Assembly (NCBI GenBank): GCA_963843575.1
Contig: CAWJKZ010000014.1
Location: 448,001-512,000 of the forward strand
Reading direction: 5' to 3'
Length of the DNA stretch: 64,000 bases
From: an uncultured Acidobacteriota bacterium
GTDB lineage: Bacteria; Acidobacteriota; UBA6911
Shown here: positions 9,950 through 20,915 of the stretch, piece by piece
Layout: every line of letters begins with the position of its first letter
Numbering within the stretch: position 1 is the first letter of the stretch
Notes under the pieces: model-generated
Seen by the model: only the letters and a program-made list of their open reading frames with translations
What the model was told of the DNA's origin: nothing
The model's database searches: none
Position numbers and translations under genes: made by a program

Positions 9950-11018
9950 GGGGAGCATCAGGCGGAGGGGCAAGCCGGTGCGAGAGGTCGACGAGCACGT
10001 CCAGCCTTCGGAGGGCCTCGCCCGAGCGGATCGATGCGCGCGCCGGCTCGATGGCCGCCCTGAGACTGTCGGCCCGGCCGCCCGCAACCAGCCCTGCCGC
10101 GGCGTTGAGCAGCACGATGTCCGCATGCGCACCTTCCGCGCCCGAGAGGATCTCCCGGATCATCTGGGCGTTGCGCCTCACGTCCCCTCCCTGAATCTTC
10201 GCAATGGGCGCCCGCTCGATGCCGAAATCCTCCGGGGTGACGTAGTAGGTGCGCACCGCGCCGTCCCGCACTTCGGAGATCTTGCTTTCGCCGGTGATGG
10301 AGATCTCGTCCAGCCCGTCGGAGCCATGCACCACGAACGCCCGCCGCGTTCCGAGGTCGCACAGCACCTGGGCCATGGGCTCGGTCAACTTCTCGGAGTA
10401 AACGCCCAGTACCTGGGCATTCGCGTCGGCCGGGTTGCAGATCGGTCCCAGGAGGTTGAAGACGGTCCGGATCTTCATTTCACGCCGCGCCAGCATGACG
10501 TAACGCATCGCGTCGTGCAGGAGCGGGGCATAAAGAAACCCGATTCCCGCCTCGTCGATGCAGCGCGCCACCGCCTCCGGGCCAAGGTCGATCCGGATGC
10601 CGAGCGCCTCGACCACGTCCGCGCTCCCGCACAGGCTCGAGACGCTGCGGTTGCCGTGCTTCGCCACCCGAACGCCGGCGCCGGCCAGCACGAAGGCGGT
10701 CGCTGTGGAGATATTGAAGGTGCCGGTTGCGTCGCCTCCAGTTCCGCACGTGTCGACCAGCATCTCCCGATCCGTGCCCGACAGGGCCGTGCCGACCCCG
10801 GAGCGGGTCCGAACCGGAATGGCTTTGGCCCTCATGACCCGGGCGAAACCGATCAATTCCTCGACGGTTTCCGACTTCATCCGCAGCGCCGTGAGGAACG
10901 CCGCGATCTGAGCGTCGGTCGCCTTGCCGCTCATGATGCCGTTCATGACCGACTCGGCCTCCGCCCGGCTCAGGTGTTCCCCTTCCACGACCCTTCGGAT
11001 GGCTTCAACGATGTCCAA
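9906..11018 (-). CDS. trpD: Anthranilate phosphoribosyltransferase
   Basis: DTCGTGGD, FNIST, KHGNRSVSS, GLDEIS. Confidence 0.96.
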   Translation of the reverse strand: MDIVEAIRRVVEGEHLSRAEAESVMNGIMSGKATDAQIAAFLTALRMKSETVEELIGFARVMRAKAIPVRTRSGVGTALSGTDREMLVDTCGTGGDATGTFNISTATAFVLAGAGVRVAKHGNRSVSSLCGSADVVEALGIRIDLGPEAVARCIDEAGIGFLYAPLLHDAMRYVMLARREMKIRTVFNLLGPICNPADANAQVLGVYSEKLTEPMAQVLCDLGTRRAFVVHGSDGLDEISITGESKISEVRDGAVRTYYVTPEDFGIERAPIAKIQGGDVRRNAQMIREILSGAEGAHADIVLLNAAAGLVAGGRADSLRAAIEPARASIRSGEALRRLDVLVDLSHRLAPPPDAPLNSAAPESGPPDSR

Positions 11019-11305
11019 AGATCTCCGCCCTTTCTTTCACCGTGCAGGGCGTGGCCTGCCGATATGGAGATGTGAGTTCTGAAAGTAAGGTATCGCCCTG
11101 CCGAAATCAAGACCCGAGGCAGACACTGCGCCCGGAGGCGACCTCTCTCTTTGCATTAATGCCGGCGCCCGGCGCGCCCGATAAGGGAAGAGACTCCTTG
11201 GGCAGAGGCGCGCCTCGTATGGCGATATCCGGGTACTCGGCTACCCTTTGCAGCGGCGCACGCATGAGCGGGGTTAGCCCTCCGCGCCGCAGGAAGGTTG
11301 CTGTG

Positions 11306-11800
11306 ATGGGTTCCGCAACGCAGAAAGCGGCTTCACAACGCGAGTCGTCGGCCGCGGGGTTCACCCTCGTCGAAATGTTGATCGCCATGACCATCATGAC
11401 TTTCGGCCTCCTGGCCGCAGGGAGGCTCATGTACGTGGCCATGGGCTCGGCGTCGCTGGCCCGCTCGAAAGGCAGTGCCGCCATCGTTGCGCAGGACAAG
11501 CTGGAGTTCCTGGCCGACCGATACCGGCAGACTTCCGCCGCAGCGGAGCTCACCGACGGCAGCCATGGCCCGGAACAGGTGCAGGTGCTCAACACGGACA
11601 ATGGCCGCGTGCTGAACCGATTCAACGTCGCGTGGACCGTAGCCACCGTTTCCGACCCCCGCCCGGGGGTGACTTTGAAGGCCAAACAGGTCCGGGTGAC
11701 CGTGACCCCGATTCTCGCCACTTCCACGACGGTCAACACGAAGACCTCGCTCAACAAGGTCGTAAGTGTCACCGCCATTTTCAGTGCGAGGGTGAGCTGA
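11306..11800 (+). CDS. PilV-like minor pilin
   Basis: G|FTLVEMLIAM prepilin motif. Confidence 0.8.
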   Translation: MGSATQKAASQRESSAAGFTLVEMLIAMTIMTFGLLAAGRLMYVAMGSASLARSKGSAAIVAQDKLEFLADRYRQTSAAAELTDGSHGPEQVQVLNTDNGRVLNRFNVAWTVATVSDPRPGVTLKAKQVRVTVTPILATSTTVNTKTSLNKVVSVTAIFSARVS

Positions 11801-12432
11801 TGAAAAACGACGATTCGAACGGGGGGAGGGGGGTAGTCGGAGCCGCGGAGGGATTCAGTCTGGCCGAGTTCATGCTGGCCACCGGGATCCTCCTCGTCAT
11901 AACGGCGAGCATATTCGGCATGCTGGGTGACACCCAGCGGGCGGCCAGCTATCAGACGGAAGTCCAGGCCGTGCTCGACAACACGCGCATCGCGATGGAC
12001 ACGGTGGAGCGCGTCCTGCGCCAGGCGGGGAACGACCCGCATGCCACCGGGTTCGACGGACTCACAATTGTGAGCGCCACCGAGGCTCGGGTGCGTGCCG
12101 ACCTGACGGGGTCCGCCGGACCGGCCTACCCCGACAAGGGCGATCCCGACGGCGACACCTCCGATTCCGGCGAGGACCTCACGATACGCTACAACGCCGG
12201 TACGCGCAGCGTCGAGGTCTCCCCGACCGGCGGAAGCGCGCAGCCCGTCGCAAACTACATCTCGGCGTTCTCGATGCAGTACTTCGACACCGCCGGAGGT
12301 GCGGCGGCCGCAGGCGCTGACGTGCGCAAAGTCAGCATCACGATTACGGGCAACAGTACCATCCTGGATCCCAAGACCCGTCAACCTTTCAGCCTGCAGC
12401 TCAAAACCGATGTCCAACTTGCAACCCGATAG
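11800..12432 (+). CDS. PilW-like minor pilin
   Basis: G|FSLAEF, LRQAG.DP; TGATG translational coupling. Confidence 0.8.
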   Translation: MKNDDSNGGRGVVGAAEGFSLAEFMLATGILLVITASIFGMLGDTQRAASYQTEVQAVLDNTRIAMDTVERVLRQAGNDPHATGFDGLTIVSATEARVRADLTGSAGPAYPDKGDPDGDTSDSGEDLTIRYNAGTRSVEVSPTGGSAQPVANYISAFSMQYFDTAGGAAAAGADVRKVSITITGNSTILDPKTRQPFSLQLKTDVQLATR

Positions 12433-12502
12433 TAGGCAAGCGCTTACACCTATTTTCGGCCGGCCGTTCAGCCGGCCGTACCCCATGCCTCGAGGTAACC
12501 CC

Positions 12503-13084
12503 ATGAAACTTGCCCTCGCGGTCCTGTCCGCCATGATTTTGATGGGTTCCGCCGCAATCACCTTTCCCCAGTCCCTGGGCGATCTGGCCAAAAAAGAGAA
12601 GGAGCGGCGCGACAACGTCGGCGCCGACGGCAAGGTGATCACCAACAACGACACGTCGAGGTACTCCAACGGCGCCGTGACGACCGGAACACCACCCACC
12701 CCAACGCCCCCCGACAAAAAGACCGGCGACAAGGCTGCCGTCGCCGAATCCGGGAACAAGGAGCAAAACGACGAGCCGGTCGATTTCGAAGGGAGGCCCG
12801 AGAGCTATTGGCGCCAGACCTTCGCCGACGCCAGGAAACGCGTCGCGGACCTGGAAAACCAGGCAAATGTGCTCGTGCTGAAAATCGTCGACCTGCAGAC
12901 GCAGTTCTATCGCGAAGCGGACGGATTCCGACAGCAGACGATCCAGCGGGACATCCAGAAGTCCTTCTACGAGCAGGACGCCAACAAGGAGGAACTCGCG
13001 AAGGCGAAGGCGCTACTCCAGGACCTCGAGAAGGAGGCCCGGAAAAGCGGGGCGTTGCCCGGCTGGCTCGCCCCAGGTAAGTAG
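12503..13084 (+). CDS. Secreted coiled-coil hypothetical protein
   Basis: RBS GAGG, signal peptide, QSLGDLAKKEKERR, helical C-terminus. Confidence 0.75.
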   Translation: MKLALAVLSAMILMGSAAITFPQSLGDLAKKEKERRDNVGADGKVITNNDTSRYSNGAVTTGTPPTPTPPDKKTGDKAAVAESGNKEQNDEPVDFEGRPESYWRQTFADARKRVADLENQANVLVLKIVDLQTQFYREADGFRQQTIQRDIQKSFYEQDANKEELAKAKALLQDLEKEARKSGALPGWLAPGK

Positions 13085-13087
13085 AGG

Positions 13088-13819
13088 TCAGCTACCCTCC
13101 GCGGCACAGCGGTCCGCAAGCAGCAGAAACGCGATGCCGCCCGACAGGCTGCGGTGTTCGATTCGCGAGAATCCGATGCGCGCGGTCCGGGCCGAGAGTT
13201 CCGGCGGCGACGGGAACTTTCCGACGCTCTCGGGCAGATAGCGGTAGGGAGCCTCGACCCCGGACACGGCTTTCCCCAGCCACGGCAGCACCCGGGTGAA
13301 ATATGCCCGGTACACGGTTCCTACGACCGGGAGCCGCGGCATCGAAAACTCCAGAACCGCAAGCGTCCCCCCGTCCCTGAGCACCCGCCTCATTTCAGCC
13401 AATCCGGCATCGATGCCCGCCAGGTTGCGCACCACGAAGGCCGAAGCCACAACGTCGAACGAGGCGTCCGCGAACGGCAGCGCCAGGGCATCACCTTCAA
13501 GGAGGTCAACACGGTGGGGCAGGCTCAGGTGGCGCGTCTTCTGGAATCCGATGTTCAACATGGGACGGCAGAAGTCGCAGCCGAAGACCTCGCCCAATCC
13601 GGAGAATTCGATCGACAGGTCCGCGGTGCCGCAGCCGACGTCCAGAATCCGCAGCGGTCGCTCCGGCATCCGGGTCGCGACGCCCCGCACGCACGCCTTG
13701 CGCCAGCGGCGGTCCACGTTCAGGGACAGGAAGTGGTTCAGGAAATCGTAGCGTCGGGCGATGGCGGCGAACATGTCGCGCACCGCGCGAGCTTTTTCCG
13801 CCCCTGCGTTATGCGCCAT
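13088..13819 (-). CDS. menG: Demethylmenaquinone C-methyltransferase (UbiE/MenG)
   Basis: MFAAIARRYDFLN, LDVGCGTAD, YRYLPES. Confidence 0.9.
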   Translation of the reverse strand: MAHNAGAEKARAVRDMFAAIARRYDFLNHFLSLNVDRRWRKACVRGVATRMPERPLRILDVGCGTADLSIEFSGLGEVFGCDFCRPMLNIGFQKTRHLSLPHRVDLLEGDALALPFADASFDVVASAFVVRNLAGIDAGLAEMRRVLRDGGTLAVLEFSMPRLPVVGTVYRAYFTRVLPWLGKAVSGVEAPYRYLPESVGKFPSPPELSARTARIGFSRIEHRSLSGGIAFLLLADRCAAEGS

Positions 13820-14936
13820 GGCCTGCGGGTTCCCGCCCGCCCCGGCCCGCCTGCGCCAGGAAGGCCGAAAGGAAGCGCCTGAGATGACCGGGGTCGATGT
13901 CGGAGCGCACCTCTGTCAGGCCCAGGCGGGGCAGCAGGACCATTCGGATTGCGCCGGATCGGAATTTCTTGTCTCGTCTCAGGGCGGCCCAGGCTTCCGA
14001 CGGCCGGATCCGCCCAAGCGACGGCAGGGGCTCCACCCGATGGATCAGCGAGACGAGGCGGCCGGCTTCCTCCTCGTTCATGAGTCCGAGATCCCGGCCG
14101 AACTGTGCCGCCGCCACCATCCCCCAGGCGACCGCCTCGCCGTGCTTGAACCACCTGTAGGAGGTGGCCGCCTCGAGGGCGTGCCCGACGGTGTGCCCGT
14201 AGTTGAGGATCATGCGCAGCCCTTCTTCCTTTTCGTCCCCCGACACGACCTCCGCCTTGATCCGTGACGATTCGAGAACGATGTGCTCGAGCGCCCCGGC
14301 GCGGCACCCCTTTATGGCGGGCAACTCCCTTTCGACGTAATGCAGCAGCGGCACTGAGCGGATAGCGGCCGACTTGATGACCTCGAAGAGGCCGGCCGCG
14401 AGTTCACGCGCCGGCAGGGTCCGGAGCAGGCGCGTATCCGACAGGACCGCACTCGGCTGGTGGAAGGCCCCGACAAGGTTCTTCCCCTGGGGCACGTTGA
14501 TCCCCACCTTGCCCCCGATGGCGCTGTCCACCTGGCCCAGCAGGGTCGTGGGCACACTCGCGTACCGGATGCCCCGCATAAAGGTGGCCGCGGCAAATCC
14601 CGAGATGTCCCCCACGACCCCGCCGCCGAACGCCAATATCCAAGAGCGACGGTCCGCCCTCGCCCGGAAGAGGGCGTCATATATCTTCAGCAGCGTCTCG
14701 TGGTTCTTGAAGCGCTCTCCGTCCCCGATGCGTATCACCCGGGCCGGACCCCACGCGCTCTCGATCGAGCGCATGAGGGCGGCGCCGTGCAGACGGAAGA
14801 CGACAGGGTTCGTGACCACGATGGGCGCGCTCCGGAAACCCTGCCGGCGCAGGATCTGCCCGGCGCGGGTCAGCACGCCGGCGCCGACGACAATGGGATA
14901 ACGGCGGTCGGCAAGTTCAACCATCAGGGTTTTCAT
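13809..14936 (-). CDS. aroB: 3-dehydroquinate synthase
   Basis: GGGVVGD, PTTLL, GGKVGIN, LNYGHT, HGEAV. Confidence 0.95.
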   Translation of the reverse strand: MKTLMVELADRRYPIVVGAGVLTRAGQILRRQGFRSAPIVVTNPVVFRLHGAALMRSIESAWGPARVIRIGDGERFKNHETLLKIYDALFRARADRRSWILAFGGGVVGDISGFAAATFMRGIRYASVPTTLLGQVDSAIGGKVGINVPQGKNLVGAFHQPSAVLSDTRLLRTLPARELAAGLFEVIKSAAIRSVPLLHYVERELPAIKGCRAGALEHIVLESSRIKAEVVSGDEKEEGLRMILNYGHTVGHALEAATSYRWFKHGEAVAWGMVAAAQFGRDLGLMNEEEAGRLVSLIHRVEPLPSLGRIRPSEAWAALRRDKKFRSGAIRMVLLPRLGLTEVRSDIDPGHLRRFLSAFLAQAGRGGREPAGHGA

Positions 14937-16423
14937 GTGCGCAGTCCCAGCAGTAAACGGTCCGTGAGGATCTGAGGGTCCAGGCCACCGAGCCCGAGCT
15001 CGCGGCTCAACTCTTCGGCGCCATACAGCTGCCCGGTTTCCCAGATCTCCTTCAAGAGCCTTCCCGCCGCCCGGTTGCGGTGCCAGCTTGCACCGTACTT
15101 CGTCCTGAGGTATTCCTGCAGCATGGCCTCCAGCACCCAGCCGCGCAGATAGCCGGCGCAGCGCACGGCATCCGTGTCCGCCGCCCAGAACTCGGGAGCA
15201 TGGCGGAGCCCGGTGTGCTTTTTCATGACGTCGGCATAGCGCTCGGGCGCATCGGCCGCGCCGGACGGTTCGTTGACGTCGATCTGGAATCTCAACATGC
15301 CGACCTGGCGCCGGACGGCATAGCACTCGTTCAAGCCTTGGAAGCGCCCGAACGCCCCCTGCCGCGCATAACCGAAGTTCTCCATCAGCCAGTTCTCACT
15401 GCGAGCCAACCGCTCGAAGAGGAATCCGAAGGCCTCCGCGAGCGCCGCATCCCCGAGCAGCCTGTACTCGGACGCGAGCCCCTCCCCGGTCCAGGCAAAG
15501 TGGTGCGCGTGGCCCATCTCGTGCAAAAGCAACGGATAGTCCCGAAAGCCGCCTCCGAGGGTGGCGACCACGTGAATCCGCCGGGGAACCCGCACCGGGA
15601 TGCACCAGGCGCCGGGAGGCTTACCGGGGCGGCTGTCGAGATCGCAGGCGATCGCGCCCGGGATCTCCGGCTGGAGCTCCAGCCCGGCAAAAGTCTGGTC
15701 GAGTGCCGGTGCGAGCAGCTCCTTGCGGAAGTACCCCGCGGGCTCGTTTCTCTTTTCCCAGCACCCTGCATCCCATTCCCCCGCATCCCCGGCGCCAACC
15801 CCGAGCGTGGCGCAGAACGATTGGGCCAGCGCGTCGCAGTATTCCGCTTCCGTCCCCGCGATCACAAGCTCCAGCGCGGCGGAGAGGCTCTTCAGATCGA
15901 GCCCGCTGCTTGCCTCCAGGGCTTCCAGATACCCTGCGTAACCGATCCGGGCCGACGCCGCGCGCATCTGCTCCAGCCGCGCGAGACGCAGCGGCTCGAG
16001 TTCCCGGGTCCGGGCGGCGGCAATCCGCTGCAGGGCCTTCCGGCGGGAGGTTTCGGGCTCGTTGACCAGGAGCCACGGCAGCTGGGGAAAGCCCACGGGG
16101 CTCCCATCCCACAGGAAGGAGCCGGCGAACTCGCGGCGGGCGATTTCCTGATCGAGTCCGGCGGTTTCGTGCGCCAGGTGTCCTGCTATGGCGAAGGACC
16201 GCAGCCGGGCAAGCGACTTGCGGCGCGACGGGAAGGATGCGGGCGTCTTATCGAGCTGATCCCCGAGCTCGCGGACGGCGTCGGCGCTGTACAGGTCGGC
16301 GTGATCGGCATAGACAACCGCCAGGTCGGGGAATTCCCTTCGGCCCGAGCGATAGGCAAGCGACTCGCTCAGCAGCGCCTCGTGAAACCGGTCGAGTTGT
16401 GCGCGATACTCCTCGATCTGCAT
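14933..16423 (-). CDS. M3/gluzincin-like metallopeptidase family protein
   Basis: LLHEMGHAHH followed by downstream E (LAEAFG). Confidence 0.7.
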   Translation of the reverse strand: MQIEEYRAQLDRFHEALLSESLAYRSGRREFPDLAVVYADHADLYSADAVRELGDQLDKTPASFPSRRKSLARLRSFAIAGHLAHETAGLDQEIARREFAGSFLWDGSPVGFPQLPWLLVNEPETSRRKALQRIAAARTRELEPLRLARLEQMRAASARIGYAGYLEALEASSGLDLKSLSAALELVIAGTEAEYCDALAQSFCATLGVGAGDAGEWDAGCWEKRNEPAGYFRKELLAPALDQTFAGLELQPEIPGAIACDLDSRPGKPPGAWCIPVRVPRRIHVVATLGGGFRDYPLLLHEMGHAHHFAWTGEGLASEYRLLGDAALAEAFGFLFERLARSENWLMENFGYARQGAFGRFQGLNECYAVRRQVGMLRFQIDVNEPSGAADAPERYADVMKKHTGLRHAPEFWAADTDAVRCAGYLRGWVLEAMLQEYLRTKYGASWHRNRAAGRLLKEIWETGQLYGAEELSRELGLGGLDPQILTDRLLLGLRT

Positions 16424-16432
16424 GGTCTCCCG

Positions 16433-17221
16433 TTACCGGGGGACACCCTGGAGAGGACTGCTCGCGGCGGCGTGGAGCTTCCTCGGGATGCGTCCCGCCT
16501 TGAAAGCCAGCCGACCCGCCTCGACGGCCAGCTTCATGGCTTCAGCCATCGCCACGGCATCCTCCGCGCCGGCAATGCCTGTATTCATCAGCACGGCATC
16601 ACAGCCAAGCTCCATCGCGACGGTGGCATCGGAGGCAGTTCCCACCCCGGCGTCGACGATCACCGGGATCTTGACGGTCTCCATGATGATCCTGATGTTG
16701 GCCGGGTTCTGCAGCCCCATGCCCGATCCGATGGGAGCGCCCAGGGGCATGACCGCGGCCGCGCCCGCATCCGCGAGCCGGCGCGCCATGACGGGGTCGT
16801 CGTTCGTGTACGGCAGCACGACGAAACCGTCTTTAACCAGTTCGCGAGTCGCCTCGAGCAGCCCGAGGGTATCCGGGAACAAGGTCCGCTCGTCACCGAT
16901 CACCTCGAGCTTGACCCAGTTGGACAACCCGGCCTCCCGGCCGAGTCGCGCCACCCGGACCGCGTCTTCCACCGTGTAGCACCCGGCCGTGTTCGGGAGG
17001 AGCGTGAAGCGGCGCGTGTCTATGTAGTCCAGGAGCGACTCCCTGGAACGGTCACCCAGGTTGATGCGGCGGACCGCAACGGTAACCATTTCTGCTCCCG
17101 ATGCTTCCAGCGCCTCTTTCATTATCGGAAATGTGGTGTACTTTCCCGTCCCGACGATGAGGCGCGATCCGAACGAGCGCCCTCCCAGTTGTAGAGGGTC
17201 GTCTGCCAGCTTGTATGCCAC
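16433..17221 (-). CDS. thiG: Thiazole synthase
   Basis: GTGKY, LPNTAGC, KLEV, PIGSG, DAGVG. Confidence 0.97.
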   Translation of the reverse strand: MAYKLADDPLQLGGRSFGSRLIVGTGKYTTFPIMKEALEASGAEMVTVAVRRINLGDRSRESLLDYIDTRRFTLLPNTAGCYTVEDAVRVARLGREAGLSNWVKLEVIGDERTLFPDTLGLLEATRELVKDGFVVLPYTNDDPVMARRLADAGAAAVMPLGAPIGSGMGLQNPANIRIIMETVKIPVIVDAGVGTASDATVAMELGCDAVLMNTGIAGAEDAVAMAEAMKLAVEAGRLAFKAGRIPRKLHAAASSPLQGVPR

Positions 17222-17252
17222 TCTGCGCTCCTGTTACTCTGGCCAAGGATTC

Positions 17253-17465
17253 CTAGCCGCCACCCACGAACTGTACGATTTCGATCTTGTCCCGGTCTTT
17301 GATCGTCGTCGTGCCCCAGTCTCCCCGTCGCACGATGCGCCGGTTCAACTCTACCGCAACCCTGTCCTCCTTGATACCCAAGACGGACAGCAGTTCGCGC
17401 ACGTTGGCGAGCGGAGGGACGGAGTGCGGCTCTCCGTTTATGTCCAGCGTCCATGTAGTCGACAC
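17253..17465 (-). CDS. thiS: Sulfur carrier protein ThiS
   Basis: INGE...VAVELN...IEIVQFVGGG. Confidence 0.95.
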   Translation of the reverse strand: MSTTWTLDINGEPHSVPPLANVRELLSVLGIKEDRVAVELNRRIVRRGDWGTTTIKDRDKIEIVQFVGGG

Positions 17466-17562
17466 AAAAGCTATGATACTCAGTCACTTGGACGCAAATC
17501 AAGTGGTCTGTGGAGCTCGCCCCCCGCGCACGCCGCACCAGCCCGGGCGCGCCAGAAAAGCC

Positions 17563-17591
17563 TTGACACGTCTGGAGGGTGCCAATAATAT
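17563..17591 (+). promoter_or_regulatory. Candidate sigma70 promoter of the nuoEJKLMN operon
   Basis: TTGACA-17 bp-TAATAT; an IHF-consensus match (WATCAAN4TTR, minus strand) follows at 17623-17635. Confidence 0.65.
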
Positions 17592-17696
17592 CGAAGCTTA
17601 TCTAGAGCGCCCGTAGTTGTTTTAAATAATTGATTTATCGGTTCTTGTGGAGCACGCGCGCAGTTGCCCGCGGCGAGGCGCGCGGCGTGTGCCGGC

Positions 17697-18161
17697 ATGC
17701 TATCGGAAGCCACCAGACAGAAAATCGGCGAGTTGATGACCCGCTATCCGCAGGATAGGTCGGCGCTCATCCCCTCGCTGCGGCTGGCCCAGTCCGAAGC
17801 GGGGTACCTGACCCTCGAGGTCATCTCCGAAATCGCGGGCATATTCCGGCTGACGCCGAACGAGGTGTACGAGGTCGCCAGCTTCTACACGATGCTCTAC
17901 AAGCAACCGGTCGGCAGATACGTGCTCCAGGTGTGCACCAACATTTCGTGTCTGCTGTGCAACTCGGAGACGCTCATGGCGCACCTTCAGAAAAAGCTCG
18001 GGATTAAAGCTGGCGAGACCACACCGGACCGGAAGTTCACCCTGCTCGAGGTTGAGTGCCTCGGATCGTGCGGCACGGCTCCCGTTGTCCAGATCAACGA
18101 CGACTATCACGAGGACCTCACACCGGGAAAGCTGGACGAAATCCTGGACAAGCTGGCCTGA
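17697..18161 (+). CDS. nuoE: NADH-quinone oxidoreductase subunit E
   Basis: VASFY, CTNISC, CLGSC 2Fe-2S ligands. Confidence 0.93.
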   Translation: MLSEATRQKIGELMTRYPQDRSALIPSLRLAQSEAGYLTLEVISEIAGIFRLTPNEVYEVASFYTMLYKQPVGRYVLQVCTNISCLLCNSETLMAHLQKKLGIKAGETTPDRKFTLLEVECLGSCGTAPVVQINDDYHEDLTPGKLDEILDKLA

Positions 18162-18659
18162 ATGGAAACGATCCTGTTTTTTGTGTTCGGCGGCGTCGCG
18201 CTGATAGCAGCGCTTTGCGTCGTCTTGCTGAAGAGGGTGTTTTACTCGGCCCTCTCGCTGATTGTCTGTCTGAGCGCCGTTTCGGCACTGTACATGCTGC
18301 TGCAGGCCCCGTTCATCGCAGCCGTCCAGATAATCGTGTACGCCGGGGCCATCATGGTCCTCTTCCTGTTCGTGATCATGTTGCTCGATCCTTTTTCAGC
18401 CACCGCCCTCAAGGACAAGAAGCGCCACCTCACGACGGTCGGAGTGCTCCTCGGAGCCGCGGCGCTCACTCTGGTCTGCCCTCTTCTGTCGAGCTACAGG
18501 CCGGGCGGCGGCAGTCCCCCCGGATCCGAAGCGGTCGGAACCGTCGCCACCATCGGCTCGACCCTGTTCAGCCGTTACATGCTCCCGTTCGAAGTGACCT
18601 CGATCCTGATCCTGGTGGCTATCATCGGAACGGTAGTCCTGGCGAGGAGGCAGTCGTAG
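18162..18659 (+). CDS. nuoJ: NADH-quinone oxidoreductase subunit J
   Basis: [25 protein letters not shown]. Confidence 0.95.
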   Translation: METILFFVFGGVALIAALCVVLLKRVFYSALSLIVCLSAVSALYMLLQAPFIAAVQIIVYAGAIMVLFLFVIMLLDPFSATALKDKKRHLTTVGVLLGAAALTLVCPLLSSYRPGGGSPPGSEAVGTVATIGSTLFSRYMLPFEVTSILILVAIIGTVVLARRQS

Positions 18660-18664
18660 CCGCG

Positions 18665-18964
18665 ATGGAGATCTCCTACTATCTTGTCTTGAGTGCCCTA
18701 CTGTTTACCGTGGGAACCGTCGGGTTCATCGTCAAGAAGAACATTATTTCGATGTTCCTCTGCATCGAGTTGATGCTCAACGCGGTGAATCTCACGTTCG
18801 TGGCCTTCTCTCGCTACCTCAACCAGGTACACGGGCAGATCTTCGTGTTTTTCGTCATGGTGGTAGCCGCCGCGGAAGCCGCCGTCGGGCTGGCAATCAC
18901 GCTCAGCATCTACCGGAACCGGAACACGCTTAGTGTCGACGACGCAGATCTCATGAAGTGGTAG
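18665..18964 (+). CDS. nuoK: NADH-quinone oxidoreductase subunit K
   Basis: [20 protein letters not shown]. Confidence 0.96.
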   Translation: MEISYYLVLSALLFTVGTVGFIVKKNIISMFLCIELMLNAVNLTFVAFSRYLNQVHGQIFVFFVMVVAAAEAAVGLAITLSIYRNRNTLSVDDADLMKW

Positions 18965-18973
18965 AAAGACGGC

Positions 18974-20914
18974 ATGTCCAGCTATCTCTGGTTGATCCCC
19001 ATGCTTCCGCTCGCCGGCGCCGTGCTCAACGGCCTGGCAGGTAGGCGGCTGCCCAAAGTCTTCGTTTCCTTGACCGCCTGCGGGGCGTCTGGGGGAGCCT
19101 TCGTGGTCGCGATGGCGGCCGTACTCGATCTGCTGAAGCGGGCCCCGGCCGATCGGCACCTCGCCAACACCCTCTTCACCTGGATCTCCTCGGGGGACTT
19201 CGTCGCCCGGGCGGAGTTCCTGCTCGACCCGCTCTCGGCGGTGATGCTGCTGGTCGTCACCGGGGTCGGCTTCCTGATCCACGTCTATTCGATCGGGTAC
19301 ATGCACGCGGAGGACGGCTACTACAGGTTTTTTTCCTACTTGAACCTGTTCCTCTTCTCGATGCTGGTGCTGGTGCTGGCGGGCAACTTCCTTCTGATGT
19401 TCGTCGGGTGGGAGGGGGTAGGGCTCTGCTCGTACCTCCTGATCGGCTACTATTTCGACCGCAAGAGCGCGGCGGACGCCGGGAAAAAGGCCTTCATCGT
19501 CAACCGGATCGGCGACGTCGGGTTCATCCTGGGGATATTCCTAGTTTTCGACACCTTCAACAGCGTCGATTTCGGTGAGGTGTTCCGCCAGATCGCCGAA
19601 GGGGGTCAGCGATTTCCGGTTGAACAGGGGGTAGGGCTACTGACCGCCATCGGGTTGCTGCTTTTCGTCGGCGCGACGGGCAAGAGCGCACAGATACCGC
19701 TGTACGTCTGGCTGCCGGACGCCATGGAAGGTCCGACTCCGGTCAGCGCGCTCATTCACGCGGCCACGATGGTGACCGCCGGGGTCTACATGGTCGTGCG
19801 CTGCGCCCCGATTTTCAGCCGCGCCCCCGTTGCCATGGAGGTCGTGGCGCTCGTGGGCATCCTCACCGCGCTCGTCGCCGCCACCATCGGACTTGTGCAG
19901 ACGGACATCAAGCGCGTGCTAGCCTACTCGACCGTCAGCCAGCTGGGCTACATGTTCGTGGCCGCAGGGGTCGGGGCGTTTTCGGCAGGCGTGTTCCACC
20001 TTATGACCCACGCGTTTTTCAAGGCCCTCCTGTTCCTCGGAGCCGGCAGCGTGATCCATGCCCTGGGGGGCGAACAGGACCTTACCCGGATGGGCGGGTT
20101 GAGGCGGCACATTCCGATAACGTATCGCACCATGTTTGTCGGGGCCCTGGCCATAAGCGGCATCTTTCCGCTCGCGGGATTCTTCAGCAAGGACGAGATC
20201 CTGTGGTCGGCCTGGTCCAACGGGCATCCCGTCGTGTGGATCGTGGGTCTGGCGACGGCGGGGATGACTGCCTTCTACATGTTCCGGCTGGTGTTCCTTG
20301 CGTTTTTCGGGCGGGAGCGTTTTTCGCACGAGGCGAGCCACCATCTGCACGAGTCTCCGGCGAGCATGACCCTGCCGCTGATGGCCTTGGCGTTTCTGTC
20401 GTTGGTCGGCGGTTTCGTCGGGCTGCCCGCATGGCTGGGGCCGAACGCGTTTGCCCGCTTCATGGAGCCTTCCCTCGAGTTCGCCCGGGTGGCGGAGCAT
20501 CACGGGACGAGCCACGCGGTCGAAGCTGGATTCGCCGCAGTTTCCGTCGCGGTTGCCCTGCTGGGCATCTACCTTGCGTACCGGCTTTATGTGGCGCGGC
20601 CGGGTTCGGCCGACGCCCTTGCGCGTAGGTTCGGCTGGCTCTATACGCTGCTGTTCCACAAGTACTACGTGGACGAGATCTACGACGCGGCGCTCGTGAA
20701 ACCCGTGGTCGCGGGATCGCGCGAGGTGCTATGGAAAGGGATCGACGTGCAGGTGGTGGACGGGCTCGTCAACGGGATGGGGCTCTCCGTACAGGCATGG
20801 GCTGCGTATCTGAAGAACGTCCAGAACGGGTTTGTCCGCAGCTATGCCACCTGGATACTGTTCGGTGCGGTCGTCCTGCTGTTTTATGTCGCAGTCATGA
20901 GCGGGCGGGCCTGA
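18974..20914 (+). CDS. nuoL: NADH-quinone oxidoreductase subunit L (copy 1, standard-length lateral helix)
   Basis: GWEGVG, NRIGD, GKSAQ, WLPDAMEGPTPVSA, HAFFKA. Confidence 0.96.
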   Translation: MSSYLWLIPMLPLAGAVLNGLAGRRLPKVFVSLTACGASGGAFVVAMAAVLDLLKRAPADRHLANTLFTWISSGDFVARAEFLLDPLSAVMLLVVTGVGFLIHVYSIGYMHAEDGYYRFFSYLNLFLFSMLVLVLAGNFLLMFVGWEGVGLCSYLLIGYYFDRKSAADAGKKAFIVNRIGDVGFILGIFLVFDTFNSVDFGEVFRQIAEGGQRFPVEQGVGLLTAIGLLLFVGATGKSAQIPLYVWLPDAMEGPTPVSALIHAATMVTAGVYMVVRCAPIFSRAPVAMEVVALVGILTALVAATIGLVQTDIKRVLAYSTVSQLGYMFVAAGVGAFSAGVFHLMTHAFFKALLFLGAGSVIHALGGEQDLTRMGGLRRHIPITYRTMFVGALAISGIFPLAGFFSKDEILWSAWSNGHPVVWIVGLATAGMTAFYMFRLVFLAFFGRERFSHEASHHLHESPASMTLPLMALAFLSLVGGFVGLPAWLGPNAFARFMEPSLEFARVAEHHGTSHAVEAGFAAVSVAVALLGIYLAYRLYVARPGSADALARRFGWLYTLLFHKYYVDEIYDAALVKPVVAGSREVLWKGIDVQVVDGLVNGMGLSVQAWAAYLKNVQNGFVRSYATWILFGAVVLLFYVAVMSGRA

Positions 20915-20915
20915 T

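Noticed and set aside
15080-17194. Long antisense ORFs (also 21585-23900, 32427-34844, 11107-12759, 53075-54529)
   Set aside because: Shadow frames of well-supported opposite-strand genes in high-GC DNA; no motifs.
17466-17560. TPP riboswitch upstream of thiS-thiG
   Set aside because: No recognisable TPP aptamer core and little room before the divergent nuo promoter.
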